The position numbers were made by a program, and so were the translations under genes. Below the pieces are notes generated by a model. It had not been told where the DNA came from and made no database searches. It saw only the letters and a list, made by a program, of their open reading frames with translations. This document shows positions 1-9,730 of a stretch of DNA of 64,000 nucleotides, piece after piece (the first letter of the stretch is position 1; every line of letters starts with the position of its first letter). The stretch covers positions 13,369-77,368 of the forward strand of contig CAZYCJ010000001.1 in assembly GCA_964645495.1 (NCBI GenBank), given 5' to 3'. Source of the stretch: an uncultured Muribaculaceae bacterium (GTDB taxonomy: Bacteria > Bacteroidota > Bacteroidia > Bacteroidales > UBA932).

Positions 1-135
1 CATAATTGTTTTTGTGTGTTTAATTAATTAAAGTATTGATTTGTTATTAGTTAATATTTCAAGTCGTGGAATGGATACTATACACCCCACCCAAAATCCT
101 GCGCAATTTAGCAATTAATTTCCAAACGGCAATAA

Positions 136-1191
136 TTATTTTGATATTTCGCCCCGCAAATTCATTTCAAGGCACGATTTCACTTGCTCGTTCGAATCGA
201 AGGTTCCGAGGAGGTAGAACAGTTTTGCAAGGGCGGCTTCCGTGGTGCAGTCGTAGCCGTTCACGACACCGGCCGATTTGAGGCTCTTGCCGGTGGCATA
301 AATATCCATGTTCACGCTTCCAGCAATGCACTGTGTGACATTCAGGAGTATCTTGCCCATTTCCGAGGCTTCCCGTATGAGGGAGATGAACCATTCCTTC
401 GACGGAGCATTCCCGGCTCCGTAGGTCTCGATGATCACGGCGCGGGTTTCAGGGCCACATAAGATGTTTCTGACCACCTGAGGGGTCATTCCGGGATGGA
501 TCTTGAGGATCGAAACTCTTGTGTCGAGTTCCTTATGGAAGACAGGGCTTGCATTCCATGAAACGGGTTTGCGGATAAGTTGCGTGTTGTATCTTATATT
601 GATGCCTGCTTCCGCCAGCGGAGGGAAGTTCTCGGATCTGAACGCCCTGAAGTGGTCGGAGTTGATCTTCCTGCTCCGGTTGCCTCTTATGAGCACATTG
701 TCGAAACAGATGCAGACTTCAGGAACCAGGGCGTGTCCTTCACTGTCCTTTGCTGCTGCGATTTCTACAGACGAGATCAGGTTTTCCTTTCCGTCAGTCC
801 TCGGCGTACCGATCGGAAGCTGGCTTCCGGTGAAGATGACTGGCTTGGAAAGGCCTTCGAGCATGAAACTGAGTACGGAGGCCGAATAGGCCATGGTGTC
901 CGTCCCGTGCAGGATGACGAAGCCGTCGTATTGGTCATACCTATCCTCGATCAGCTCCGCGAGTGAAACCCACAGGGACGGTTCCACGTCAGAGGAGTCG
1001 ATGAGAGGGTCGAAAGTGTAGGAGTCGATCCTGTAAGCGTATTTTGCAAGTTCCGGCACCTCGGCGAGTATCTGGCTGAAGTCGAAGGGCGTAAGGGCCT
1101 GAAGCACAGGGTCTATCTTCATGCCGATGGTGCCTCCGGTGTAGATGAGAAGAATGGACGATCTCCTTCCTTGCTCGTTTGCGTTACTCAT
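136..1191 (-). CDS. ansA: Type I (cytoplasmic) L-asparaginase
   Basis: IYTGGTIGM and HGTDTMAY catalytic motifs; TGSQLP; no signal peptide. Confidence 0.95.
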   Translation of the reverse strand: MSNANEQGRRSSILLIYTGGTIGMKIDPVLQALTPFDFSQILAEVPELAKYAYRIDSYTFDPLIDSSDVEPSLWVSLAELIEDRYDQYDGFVILHGTDTMAYSASVLSFMLEGLSKPVIFTGSQLPIGTPRTDGKENLISSVEIAAAKDSEGHALVPEVCICFDNVLIRGNRSRKINSDHFRAFRSENFPPLAEAGINIRYNTQLIRKPVSWNASPVFHKELDTRVSILKIHPGMTPQVVRNILCGPETRAVIIETYGAGNAPSKEWFISLIREASEMGKILLNVTQCIAGSVNMDIYATGKSLKSAGVVNGYDCTTEAALAKLFYLLGTFDSNEQVKSCLEMNLRGEISK

Positions 1192-1955
1192 ATTGCGAAC
1201 AGTTTTTGTGCGTTTGATGTGGTCACCTGCGCGACTTCCTCTATGTCGTGTCCTGTAAGTTCGGAAAGTCTGGCGGCTATGTACGGTATGTATGAACTTT
1301 CGTTCCTTTTGCCTCTGAACGGAACAGGCGTGAGGTATGGCGAGTCGGTTTCGAGAAGTATTCTCTCAAGCGGTATGCTTTTCACCACTTCTGCTATACC
1401 TGCCTTCTTATAGGTCAGCACTCCTCCGATGCCGATGTACCAGTCTCCAAGACGCTGAAGTTCGCGATAGGTCTCTGCGCTTCCGCTGAAGGCGTGGAAA
1501 ACTCCTCGGAGATTCAGATTGCGGCAGTCTTTCAATGTGCTGATTATCAGTTCTGTGGATTCTCTTGAGTGGATGATGACAGGCAGGTCGAGTCTGTCGG
1601 CGAGTTCGAGTTGTATACGAAGGACTTCCTGCTGCTCCTTCACGAATTCGCGTGACCAGTAGCAGTCCATGCCTATTTCTCCGATGGCCCATATGCGACG
1701 GTCAAGATGCGCTTCGAGTTTCTGCATCTCCTGCTGCCAGTCTGCGCCGACGGAGGTCGGGTGCAGCCCGAGGCACGGGAATACCTTTCCGCAATGCCTG
1801 TCTGCCAGAGCGAACATCTGTCCGCGCGTCTGCGAGTCGATGTCGGGAAGCACCATCTTCGTGACGCCGGCCTCGACGGCGCGGTCTATGGCGAGATCTT
1901 CCTCAGAAGCGAACGCTTCGTCATAAAGATGGGCATGGGTGTCTATGAATTCCAT
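1188..1955 (-). CDS. tatD: TatD family metal-dependent hydrolase/DNase
   Basis: IDTHAH, GLHP, GEIGMD, IIHSR, HAF, LETDSPYL motifs; start moved to MEFIDTH (ATG at 1955). Confidence 0.93.
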   Translation of the reverse strand: MEFIDTHAHLYDEAFASEEDLAIDRAVEAGVTKMVLPDIDSQTRGQMFALADRHCGKVFPCLGLHPTSVGADWQQEMQKLEAHLDRRIWAIGEIGMDCYWSREFVKEQQEVLRIQLELADRLDLPVIIHSRESTELIISTLKDCRNLNLRGVFHAFSGSAETYRELQRLGDWYIGIGGVLTYKKAGIAEVVKSIPLERILLETDSPYLTPVPFRGKRNESSYIPYIAARLSELTGHDIEEVAQVTTSNAQKLFAI

Positions 1956-1986
1956 TCTGTCCTGAAAGTTTGCATATCCTGCAAAT

Positions 1987-3165
1987 TTATACAAATAATT
2001 CGGATTTCCGTATGTTTATCGCGCATCTCCTCAGCAGATCCACGCTTATCAGCCCGTCGGCTTCCAGGATGCTCACGAGTCCGGAGGTTTTTCCGTATTC
2101 CATGCCGGATGCCGCTGCGAGATCTTCGACAGATATGCCCCGTTCCTTGCGGATGAGCAGCAGGAGTCTTGCCATAGCATCGATCTTGTCTTTCGGGTAC
2201 CTGCTTCCATAAATCCCGTTCAGAAGTTCGTCGTCGCCCATCTTCTTGTGCCTTTCCTTGCGGTCCATATGCAGGCTCTTCAGAAGCGTTCCGATGTCAG
2301 TCAGCGGTTCCGCAATCTTATCTCTGATAAGGAGGTTGCAGCCTTGCGAACAGATGTCGTCGGCTCTTCCGGGGAGAGCATACACATCCCTGTCGTATGA
2401 GAAAGCGAGCCTTGAGGTCATCATTCCTCCTCCCTTGATCTTTGACTCTATTAATATGAGGGACTCGCCCAGGCCTGCGATTATGCGGTTCCGTCTGAGG
2501 AAGTGAATTGCCAGAGGTGCGGTCCCTGGAGGATAATCGGTCACAAGGCCGCATCCCGGCGTGTGTACCATGCGTTCGGCGAAGTCGCGATGACGGTATG
2601 GATATACGGTCTCAGGTCCCGTGGCCATGACTCCTATCGTGGGCAGGCCGGCCTCCAGGGCTGCCGCATGGGCGCAGATGTCGGTGCCGAGAGCAAGGCC
2701 GCTGATTATTGCGGGCTTTGATTCTGTTGCTCCCATTGAAAGCACGATCCGCCTGCACCATTCCTTGCCGTAAGGCGAGATGTCACGTGTCCCGACGACG
2801 GATATGCTTCTCTTGTATGAGAAGAGTGTTTCGGGAGGCGTCGTGCTTCTGATGTATATCCCTACCGGTGCGTCTTCGCATTCTTTTAGAAACAAGGGAT
2901 AGGCATCTTCACCGAGGCCGATGAAACTGATGTTCTGCCCGGACAGCCTTTCCAGTTCCTCTGCGGCCTCGTCCGGGGCATTCTTGGAGATCATCCCCTT
3001 GTATCTGGTGTACGGGCCGAGAATCCTCTCGGTTTCCTTTGTGCCGTTCATGAATATTCCGGATGCGTTTCCGAAGTGCCCGATCAGGGCGTGTGCGATC
3101 CTCGGCTCGAAGCCGAAAATCCTGTTCAGCGCGCACAGCGCCGCTTTTTCTCTGATATTCTTCAT
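1987..3165 (-). CDS. dprA: DNA-processing protein DprA/Smf
   Basis: VVGTR, ISGLALGTD, FLRRNRIIAGL, GCNLLI motifs; C-terminal winged-helix-like segment. Confidence 0.93.
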   Translation of the reverse strand: MKNIREKAALCALNRIFGFEPRIAHALIGHFGNASGIFMNGTKETERILGPYTRYKGMISKNAPDEAAEELERLSGQNISFIGLGEDAYPLFLKECEDAPVGIYIRSTTPPETLFSYKRSISVVGTRDISPYGKEWCRRIVLSMGATESKPAIISGLALGTDICAHAAALEAGLPTIGVMATGPETVYPYRHRDFAERMVHTPGCGLVTDYPPGTAPLAIHFLRRNRIIAGLGESLILIESKIKGGGMMTSRLAFSYDRDVYALPGRADDICSQGCNLLIRDKIAEPLTDIGTLLKSLHMDRKERHKKMGDDELLNGIYGSRYPKDKIDAMARLLLLIRKERGISVEDLAAASGMEYGKTSGLVSILEADGLISVDLLRRCAINIRKSELFV

Positions 3166-3181
3166 CCTGCTAATGTAGACG

Positions 3182-3217
3182 AAAAACGGCTCCCGTAAAA
3201 GTGCGGGAGCCGTTTTT
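3182..3217. terminator. Bidirectional intrinsic terminator downstream of queA
   Basis: AAAAACGGCTCCCG-8 nt loop-CGGGAGCCGTTTTT perfect inverted repeat with A/T tails. Confidence 0.8.
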
Positions 3218-3305
3218 ATGCCGATGATAAAAAAGATTTTTCCGTTTTTTAGTCAGATGTCATTTTTCTTATCATTTTTTCCGTTTTCATATGCAGGACT
3301 TTTTA

Positions 3306-4355
3306 TCAGATGATAAGAAGTGCATCTCCGTATGGGCCGAATTTGTAGTCCATCTCGAGGGCGGTCTTGTATGCCTTCATGACATTTTCGTAACCTCCGA
3401 ATGCTGCCACCGACATGAGCATGGTCGAGCCCGGACGATGGAAGTTGGATACGATGGCGTCAGGGACAGCGAACCTGTGAGGAGGGAAGATGAACTTGTT
3501 GGTCCATCCGTCGTACGGGTTCACCTCGTCGTTTGTGGTGACATAAGTCTCAAGGCCGCGGATGACGGTGATGCCTACCGCAAGTACCTTGTGGCCCGCC
3601 TTGCGTGTGCTGTTGATGAGTTCGGCTGCCTCTTCTGTGATGATGAGTCTCTCTGAGTCCATCTTGTGCTTCGAGAGGTCCTCGACATCGACTTCGCGGA
3701 AGTGTCCGATGCCCATGTGGAGGGTGATGAAGGTCTTGTTGATGTCCTTGAGGATCATTCTGTTGAAGAGTTCGCGGCTGAAGTGGAGACCGGCAGCAGG
3801 CGCCGATACGGCTCCTTCATGCTTTGCGAAGATGGTCTGGAAATTCTCTGCGTCCTCAGGGGTCACTTCCTTCTTCACCCAGTCCGGAACAGGTGTCTGT
3901 CCGAGTCCGAAGAGGGTCTCCTTGAAGTCTTCGTAACTTCCGTCATAGAGGAATCTGAGGGTGCGGCCGCGTGAGGTGGTGTTGTCGATAACTTCTGCCA
4001 CAAGGCTCTCATCCTCACCGAAATAGAGTTTGTTTCCTATTCGGATCTTTCTTGCAGGGTCTACGATTACATCCCAGAGCCTCTGCTCGCGGTTGAGTTC
4101 CCTGAGGAGGAACACTTCGATGTCTGCCCCTGTCTTCTCCTTGTTGCCGTAAAGTCTTGCAGGGAATACCTTGGTATCATTGAGGACGAAAGTGTCTCCT
4201 TTTCCGAAATAATCGATGATGTTCTTGAAGAGTTTGTGCTCTATCTCACCGGTCTTCCTGTCAAGGACCATGAGTTTGCACTCGTCACGCCATCTTGGCG
4301 GCTCCTGGGCTATCTTGTCAGCAGGAAGGTTGAACTTGAATTGTGAAAGTTTCAT
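3306..4355 (-). CDS. queA: S-adenosylmethionine:tRNA ribosyltransferase-isomerase
   Basis: [41 protein letters not shown] motifs. Confidence 0.93.
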   Translation of the reverse strand: MKLSQFKFNLPADKIAQEPPRWRDECKLMVLDRKTGEIEHKLFKNIIDYFGKGDTFVLNDTKVFPARLYGNKEKTGADIEVFLLRELNREQRLWDVIVDPARKIRIGNKLYFGEDESLVAEVIDNTTSRGRTLRFLYDGSYEDFKETLFGLGQTPVPDWVKKEVTPEDAENFQTIFAKHEGAVSAPAAGLHFSRELFNRMILKDINKTFITLHMGIGHFREVDVEDLSKHKMDSERLIITEEAAELINSTRKAGHKVLAVGITVIRGLETYVTTNDEVNPYDGWTNKFIFPPHRFAVPDAIVSNFHRPGSTMLMSVAAFGGYENVMKAYKTALEMDYKFGPYGDALLII

Positions 4356-4444
4356 ATGTTTTTCTGAAAATTACTGCAAAATACATATCATTATACGAAA
4401 TTTTGCAGACTTTGTTTCAGAATATGGGCATAATTTGTGGAATT

Positions 4445-5056
4445 TTAAATCTTGGCCTCTCGGAACACCTCTACGATAGAGGGATAAGTGTTCAGGAGAA
4501 AAGGCGTGAGGCTGGATTTTGCGACCCATGCGGCCTTGGTGATGTCCTCTTCTCTCTGAGGGGTCAGGTCGGTCGGATCTGTGTAGAGCATGTCGTACCA
4601 CCAGGTATGTTTCAGATGCCATACTCCGTCCCTGCGGTAGCAGTGGTCGGTGATGCAGATGAGTCCGTGCAGTTCCAGTTCCCGGATTCCTGTCTCTTCC
4701 TGCACTTCGCGCAGGGCTGTCACTTCGATGTCCTCTCCGGGGTCCTGATGTCCCTTCGGAAGATCCCACAGGCCGTTTCTGCTGATGAGAAGGACGTCCC
4801 CGCGGCGGTTGGAAACGAGCCCTCCTCCGGCGTTGACCTCCTTGAATTCTTCGCAGATGCGTCTGTATGTTCCTTCCGTGTCCGAGGTCGGGATGCATGT
4901 CCTGTGGAGGGTGTCGGATGACTCGACCATACCCACGAGATCATGGATGTCTATGCTTTCACCGAGACTGAACCTGATGACGTTGGGGTCGGAAAGGACC
5001 GGGTCATCTGGCGTACATATGATGATGCATCGTTTTTCGAAGTAGATTTTGTGCAT
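4445..5056 (-). CDS. NUDIX hydrolase
   Basis: Nudix box LPKGHQDPGEDIEVTALREVQEETG; start moved to MHKIYF; divergent from pyrE. Confidence 0.9.
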   Translation of the reverse strand: MHKIYFEKRCIIICTPDDPVLSDPNVIRFSLGESIDIHDLVGMVESSDTLHRTCIPTSDTEGTYRRICEEFKEVNAGGGLVSNRRGDVLLISRNGLWDLPKGHQDPGEDIEVTALREVQEETGIRELELHGLICITDHCYRRDGVWHLKHTWWYDMLYTDPTDLTPQREEDITKAAWVAKSSLTPFLLNTYPSIVEVFREAKI

Positions 5057-5073
5057 TTGACCTATAATTTTAT

Positions 5074-5124
5074 TATATTTGCACGATGTGTGCATTCGGA
5101 CAATGGAATCCGCCTGCAAATATA
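5074..5124. promoter_or_regulatory. Face-to-face pair of Bacteroidota -7 promoter boxes for pyrE (+, 5074-5081) and the NUDIX gene (-, 5117-5124)
   Basis: TATATTTG on each strand matching TAnnTTTG. Confidence 0.6.
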
Positions 5125-5149
5125 GAAAAACAAACAAAACTATCATACT

Positions 5150-5788
5150 ATGGAATCAGTAGAGAAAGCAGTTGCCAAGTCTCTCATGGACATCAAGGCC
5201 GTGATGTTGAGACCGGAAAATCCTTTTACATGGGCTTCGGGCTGGAAGTCACCTATCTATTGCGATAACAGAAGAATTCTTTCATATCCTGAAATCAGGG
5301 AAAATGTCTGCACCTGGATGGCTGACATCATCAGGAAGCAGTATCCTGAGGTGGAGGTGATTGCAGGTGTCGCTACAGGAGCCATCGCTCACGGATATCT
5401 TGTGGCCCATATTCTCGGAAAGCCGTTCTGCTATGTGAGACCAAAGCCGAAGGATCATGGTACAGGCTCGCAGATCGAGGGTATCCTTGAGTCTGGCGCC
5501 AAGGTGGTGATCGTAGAGGACCTTATCTCGACAGGAATGAGCAGCCTTGCTGCAAAGAACGCTCTTGTGACTGCGGGTGCAGACGTCCTCGGAATGGTGG
5601 CGATCTTCTCATACGGCTTCAATACGGCCCGCAAGGCCTTCGAGGATGCGAATGTTGAACTCACCACACTTTCGAACTATGACGCCCTCATCGATGTGGC
5701 GCATGAGACAGGCTATATCAGGGAAGAGCATATCGAGGTGCTGAAGGAGTGGAGATTCTCTCCTTCGACCTGGGGCAAGAACGAATAG
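5150..5788 (+). CDS. pyrE: Orotate phosphoribosyltransferase
   Basis: FTWASGWKSPIYCDNR and PRPP-binding VVIVEDLISTG. Confidence 0.96.
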   Translation: MESVEKAVAKSLMDIKAVMLRPENPFTWASGWKSPIYCDNRRILSYPEIRENVCTWMADIIRKQYPEVEVIAGVATGAIAHGYLVAHILGKPFCYVRPKPKDHGTGSQIEGILESGAKVVIVEDLISTGMSSLAAKNALVTAGADVLGMVAIFSYGFNTARKAFEDANVELTTLSNYDALIDVAHETGYIREEHIEVLKEWRFSPSTWGKNE

Positions 5789-5790
5789 TC

Positions 5791-6261
5791 ATGGCAGAGT
5801 TCAAGAGCAAGAGGGCGGTAGTATCCAAAGCCCCTTACGAACTGTACATGGCCTTTGTCGACATGAGGAACTTCATACAGTTCCTTCCTGAAGAAAAGAA
5901 GGCTGATGTGACTGCGGATTTCGACAGCATCCATGCTATGGTGCAGGGATTCAATGTCGGTGTCAAGGTGGTGCAGAGAACTCCGTATTCAAGGATCGAG
6001 TTTGCTGACGACGGTGCGCCGTTCCAGTTCAGGATGAACATGCATTTCGATCCTGCATCCGATCCGTACAAGACGGACTTTCAGATAGTACTGGATGCGG
6101 ATCTTAATTTCATGATGAAGACCCTTCTCGGGGGAAAACTCAAAGAGGCTCTGGACAAGGTGGTGGACAGCCTTTCGGCTATGTCTGAGGGGCGTATGCC
6201 GGAAGGGATCGATCCGTCCATGTACCCGGAGGGCTTCGATCCTTCGAAATTCAAGGCATGA
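5791..6261 (+). CDS. SRPBCC/polyketide cyclase-like protein
   Basis: Size, position directly after pyrE and C-terminal helix (LNFMMKTLLGGKLKEALDKVVD) typical of this family; start at MAEFKSK. Confidence 0.6.
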   Translation: MAEFKSKRAVVSKAPYELYMAFVDMRNFIQFLPEEKKADVTADFDSIHAMVQGFNVGVKVVQRTPYSRIEFADDGAPFQFRMNMHFDPASDPYKTDFQIVLDADLNFMMKTLLGGKLKEALDKVVDSLSAMSEGRMPEGIDPSMYPEGFDPSKFKA

Positions 6262-7646
6262 TGATCGGAGAAGCATTCAGAAGATATCTCGAAGAGGCGA
6301 TAGGGAGCGAAAATGCCCTTGTCGCTTTTTCTGCATTTGATGAGCCGGCATCGGTCTCGGTGAGGCTGAACCCTTTCAAGCCATGCGCTTCTTTCGAGGG
6401 CAGGGAAGTGGAGTGGAGCAGGCATGGACGCATTCTCGCTCAGAGACCCGTCTTTACCTTGGATCCATGCCTTCATGCCGGGGCGTACTATGTCCAGGAT
6501 TCATCATCCATGTTTGTCGGACATGTCTTCAGGAAATGTCTGGAGATGACGGACATCCCGCAGACCAGGCCTTTACGTGTGCTTGATCTCTGCGCTGCTC
6601 CTGGAGGCAAGTCTACTGACCTCGCAGCATCTCTGAGAGAGGTCTTCGGGGACGGATTCCTTCTTGTGTCCAATGAGGTGATGAAGCAGAGGGCAGGCGT
6701 TCTTGCGGACAATATGGCCTTGTGGGGCGATCCGAATGTGACGGTGACTTCTGATGATCCTCGTGCGTTTACCCCTCTCGAAGGACTTTTCGATATCATA
6801 GTGGCGGATGTGCCATGCTCGGGAGAAGGAATGTTCAGGAAGGATGAGGAGGCTCAGAGGCAGTGGTCGGAAGACAATGTGGCCCTGTGTGAGGCCCGTC
6901 AGCGCAGGATTCTTGCGGATGTGTGGCCGTCTTTGCGCGAAGGAGGCATCCTCATATATTCGACCTGCACTTTCAACCGTCTCGAAAACGACGGCAATGT
7001 GTCGTGGATGGCCGGGAGTCTCGGTGCCGAGGTGATCACGCACGAGATGTGCGGAGAAGTTTCGGGCGGAGTGATAAGGACGGAACACGGATACAGTCTT
7101 GTGCCCGGCCATGTGGAAGGCGAGGGACAGTATTGTGCGGCCCTCAGGAAGACATCGGGCATCGGCGGGACTTCGTGTCCTGCGTTCAGACGTGAGAAGG
7201 GAAAACCCTCGCGCAAGCCTGCCGAGCGGATTCCGGACAATGTCGTGAAACTCTTCGACCGTGAGGTGGTGCTGAAGCAGAAAGGAGAGACTGTTGTGGT
7301 TGTGCCCTCTTCCGTGGCGTCAGATGTGGCCTTCCTGGAGGAGCACCTCCATGTGATTGCCTCCGGCTGTGCTGCAGGTGTGATGAAGGGACAGACTCTT
7401 GTTCCGGATGCCGATCTCGCGCTTTCGCTCATGCTCGCCCCTGAGGCGTTCCCGTCGGTGGAGACTGATATTGATACCGCCCTGGCCTTCCTCCATAAGG
7501 ATACCGTGGCGTTTCCGGATGCTCCGAAAGGCTATCTTCTGGTAAGGTATCAGGGACTTCCTCTCGGATTTGTAAAGAATTTAGGAAACAGATGCAACAA
7601 CCTCCATCCTCAAGGACGTCGCATCAGAATGGATATAAAACGATGA
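6258..7646 (+). CDS. rsmF: RsmF/NOL1/NOP2/Sun family rRNA cytosine-C5 methyltransferase
   Basis: YYVQD, LDLCAAPGGKS, DVPCSGEGMFRK, IYSTCTFN; C-terminal PUA-like domain. Confidence 0.9.
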   Translation: MMIGEAFRRYLEEAIGSENALVAFSAFDEPASVSVRLNPFKPCASFEGREVEWSRHGRILAQRPVFTLDPCLHAGAYYVQDSSSMFVGHVFRKCLEMTDIPQTRPLRVLDLCAAPGGKSTDLAASLREVFGDGFLLVSNEVMKQRAGVLADNMALWGDPNVTVTSDDPRAFTPLEGLFDIIVADVPCSGEGMFRKDEEAQRQWSEDNVALCEARQRRILADVWPSLREGGILIYSTCTFNRLENDGNVSWMAGSLGAEVITHEMCGEVSGGVIRTEHGYSLVPGHVEGEGQYCAALRKTSGIGGTSCPAFRREKGKPSRKPAERIPDNVVKLFDREVVLKQKGETVVVVPSSVASDVAFLEEHLHVIASGCAAGVMKGQTLVPDADLALSLMLAPEAFPSVETDIDTALAFLHKDTVAFPDAPKGYLLVRYQGLPLGFVKNLGNRCNNLHPQGRRIRMDIKR

Positions 7647-8557
7647 AAAAGACAATTCTTGTTATTTCAGCCCTGTTCATGGCTCTTGCCGCATCGGCTC
7701 AGTCAGACAGGCTGGAACAGAGATATGACCTTCTTGTGTCACAGTTGGGTTATTCCGGAGTAGGTGTGGAGACAGTTCTCAACAATTGGGAGAAGGTGGA
7801 TTCCACCAACGCCAAGATGCTTCTCGGGCGCTTCCATTACTGGTTCGAGAAGTCCCGTACCTCTCAGGTGGAGAACCATCCTTCCAAGAAGTATCTGGGC
7901 ATGGACCCGATGCTGACCCTCAAGGACAGTACAGGCAACGATGTGTATTACTATCAGGTCTATGCCTACGATGACGGACTTTACGGAGAGGCGATAAAGG
8001 CTGCCGACAAGGCGATATCCATATGGCCTGACCGTCTTGACTTCAGGTTTGTCAAAGCGAATGCATATATCGCTTATGAAAAGGACAGTCCGGATATGGC
8101 TCTTGCATACCTTCTTACCCTTGTTGATGAGAATTCGCGCCGCAATTCAAAATGGACCTACGATTCCGAAGAAGTCGGAGAGGATTTCTTTGAGGATGCC
8201 ATGCAGGAATACTGCTACAGTTTCTATGCTCTGGGCACCCCTGCAGGGTATGAGGCATTTCTCAACCTGTCGCTCAGGCTCTCGCAGACATTTCCTGACA
8301 ACTACGGCTTCCTGAACAACGTCGGATCATATTACATGACCGCGAAGAATGACAGCAAGACCGCCTGCAAATACTACAACAAGGTGCTCAAGGCTGATCC
8401 CGAAAACTACCTCGCCATCAGGAACGGCATCGTCGCATCACGTAAGATGAAGAATGTCAAGCAGGAAAAGAAATATCTCGGGATGATGGTCAAATACGGT
8501 CCGGAGAAAGACCGTCTGCAGGCACAAGGAAGACTAAAGGCTCTTGGGGCTGAGTGA
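7643..8557 (+). CDS. Secreted TPR-like protein
   Basis: Signal peptide MKKTILVISALFMALAASA-Q; helical TPR-like segments (AIKAADKAISIWPD, YYNKVLKADPEN). Confidence 0.65.
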   Translation: MKKTILVISALFMALAASAQSDRLEQRYDLLVSQLGYSGVGVETVLNNWEKVDSTNAKMLLGRFHYWFEKSRTSQVENHPSKKYLGMDPMLTLKDSTGNDVYYYQVYAYDDGLYGEAIKAADKAISIWPDRLDFRFVKANAYIAYEKDSPDMALAYLLTLVDENSRRNSKWTYDSEEVGEDFFEDAMQEYCYSFYALGTPAGYEAFLNLSLRLSQTFPDNYGFLNNVGSYYMTAKNDSKTACKYYNKVLKADPENYLAIRNGIVASRKMKNVKQEKKYLGMMVKYGPEKDRLQAQGRLKALGAE

Positions 8558-9729
8558 TGGATGCGTCTTTCTTCATAGCAGGGAGACTCCGTTTCAAGGG
8601 GAAGATCGCAATGATCTGCATTGCGGTCAGTTTCCTTGTCATGATCATCGCTGTGTCCGTTTCGTCCGGCTATCGCCATGAGATCCGCAAGGGACTCTCA
8701 TCCCTCTCAGGAGACGTGCTTATAACCCGCCCCGATCAGAATATCTTCAATGAAGAGGCTCCGATAGAGGCATCTCCGTCCTATCTTCCTTATGTTGAGG
8801 CGGTTCCTTCTGTTGAAGCAGTTATCCCGACAGTATATAGGAGCGGCATCGTGAAGCATGATGACAATATGTATGGCGTGGTGCTGAAAGGCCTTCCTCA
8901 AGGCACTGAGTCCGACTCCGTTTCGCTTGGAGTGTCCATCTCATCAAGGCTTGCCGAAAAGACGGGACTCAAGGTCGGAGACCGCATGCTTACATATTTC
9001 GTCGGAGAAAGGACAAAAGTACGTCAGTTCAATGTGACAGGGATTCATGATGCCCTTGTCGAGACCGACGACCGACATATAGTCTATGCGTCCAATGCCG
9101 ATCTTCAGAGGCTGAACGGCTGGGATCAGGACCAGGTGTCCGCTATCGAGGTTGTTCTCGACGCGAGGAATATGACTGAGGAAGGTATCCGTGAGGCTTC
9201 TGAAGATGTCGGGGCTGCCATACTTTCGCATTTGTCTGAAGACGAGGAGTATGTGATCGCTGTGTCGGCGGTCTCGAGGTTCCCGCAACTCTTCACCTGG
9301 CTTGATCTTGTGGACTTCAATGTCTCTGTCATCCTGCTTCTCATGACGATAGTGGCAGGATTCAACATGATTTCAGGCCTTCTGATCATGCTTTTCGAAC
9401 ACATATCCACCATAGGTCTTCTGAAATCCCTGGGTATGACAGACAGGGCCATATCGAAGGTCTTTCTTTCGAGTTCGGCTATTCTGGTCGGCAAGGGAAT
9501 GCTGATCGGAAATGTCCTTGCACTTGCGTTCTGTCTGATACAGGGAACGACACATGTGCTCACCCTGAATCCGGAGAACTACTATGTGTCGTTCGTACCT
9601 GTCAATGTAGACTTGATGTATGTACTTGGTGCAGATGCCGTGGCCTTTGTCGGGATAATGCTCCTGCTTCTCATCCCGTGTCATTTCATTTCCAAGGTGG
9701 ATCCTGCTGAGACGGTCCGTGTCCGATGA
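8557..9729 (+). CDS. LolC/LolE-like lipoprotein-releasing ABC permease (MacB/FtsX family)
   Basis: One N-terminal and three C-terminal TM segments; IGLLKSLGM; LNPENYYVSFVP. Confidence 0.85.
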   Translation: MDASFFIAGRLRFKGKIAMICIAVSFLVMIIAVSVSSGYRHEIRKGLSSLSGDVLITRPDQNIFNEEAPIEASPSYLPYVEAVPSVEAVIPTVYRSGIVKHDDNMYGVVLKGLPQGTESDSVSLGVSISSRLAEKTGLKVGDRMLTYFVGERTKVRQFNVTGIHDALVETDDRHIVYASNADLQRLNGWDQDQVSAIEVVLDARNMTEEGIREASEDVGAAILSHLSEDEEYVIAVSAVSRFPQLFTWLDLVDFNVSVILLLMTIVAGFNMISGLLIMLFEHISTIGLLKSLGMTDRAISKVFLSSSAILVGKGMLIGNVLALAFCLIQGTTHVLTLNPENYYVSFVPVNVDLMYVLGADAVAFVGIMLLLLIPCHFISKVDPAETVRVR

Positions 9730-9730
9730 C

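Noticed and set aside
1..135. CAT at 1-3 (possible start of a minus-strand gene) and an ATACTATACACCCC stretch resembling a CsoR/FrmR operator
   Set aside because: The gene lies outside the window and the motif lacks a second half-site.
3306..4355. QueA motif deviations (HMGIGHF, GITVIR, VPDWV)
   Set aside because: The ORF is full length and the changes look like lineage variation; loss of function cannot be supported.
6197..6247. PEG.DPS duplication at the SRPBCC C-terminus (also ENGG-T-ENGG near 48930)
   Set aside because: Two-copy micro-duplications in flexible tails; common and uninformative.
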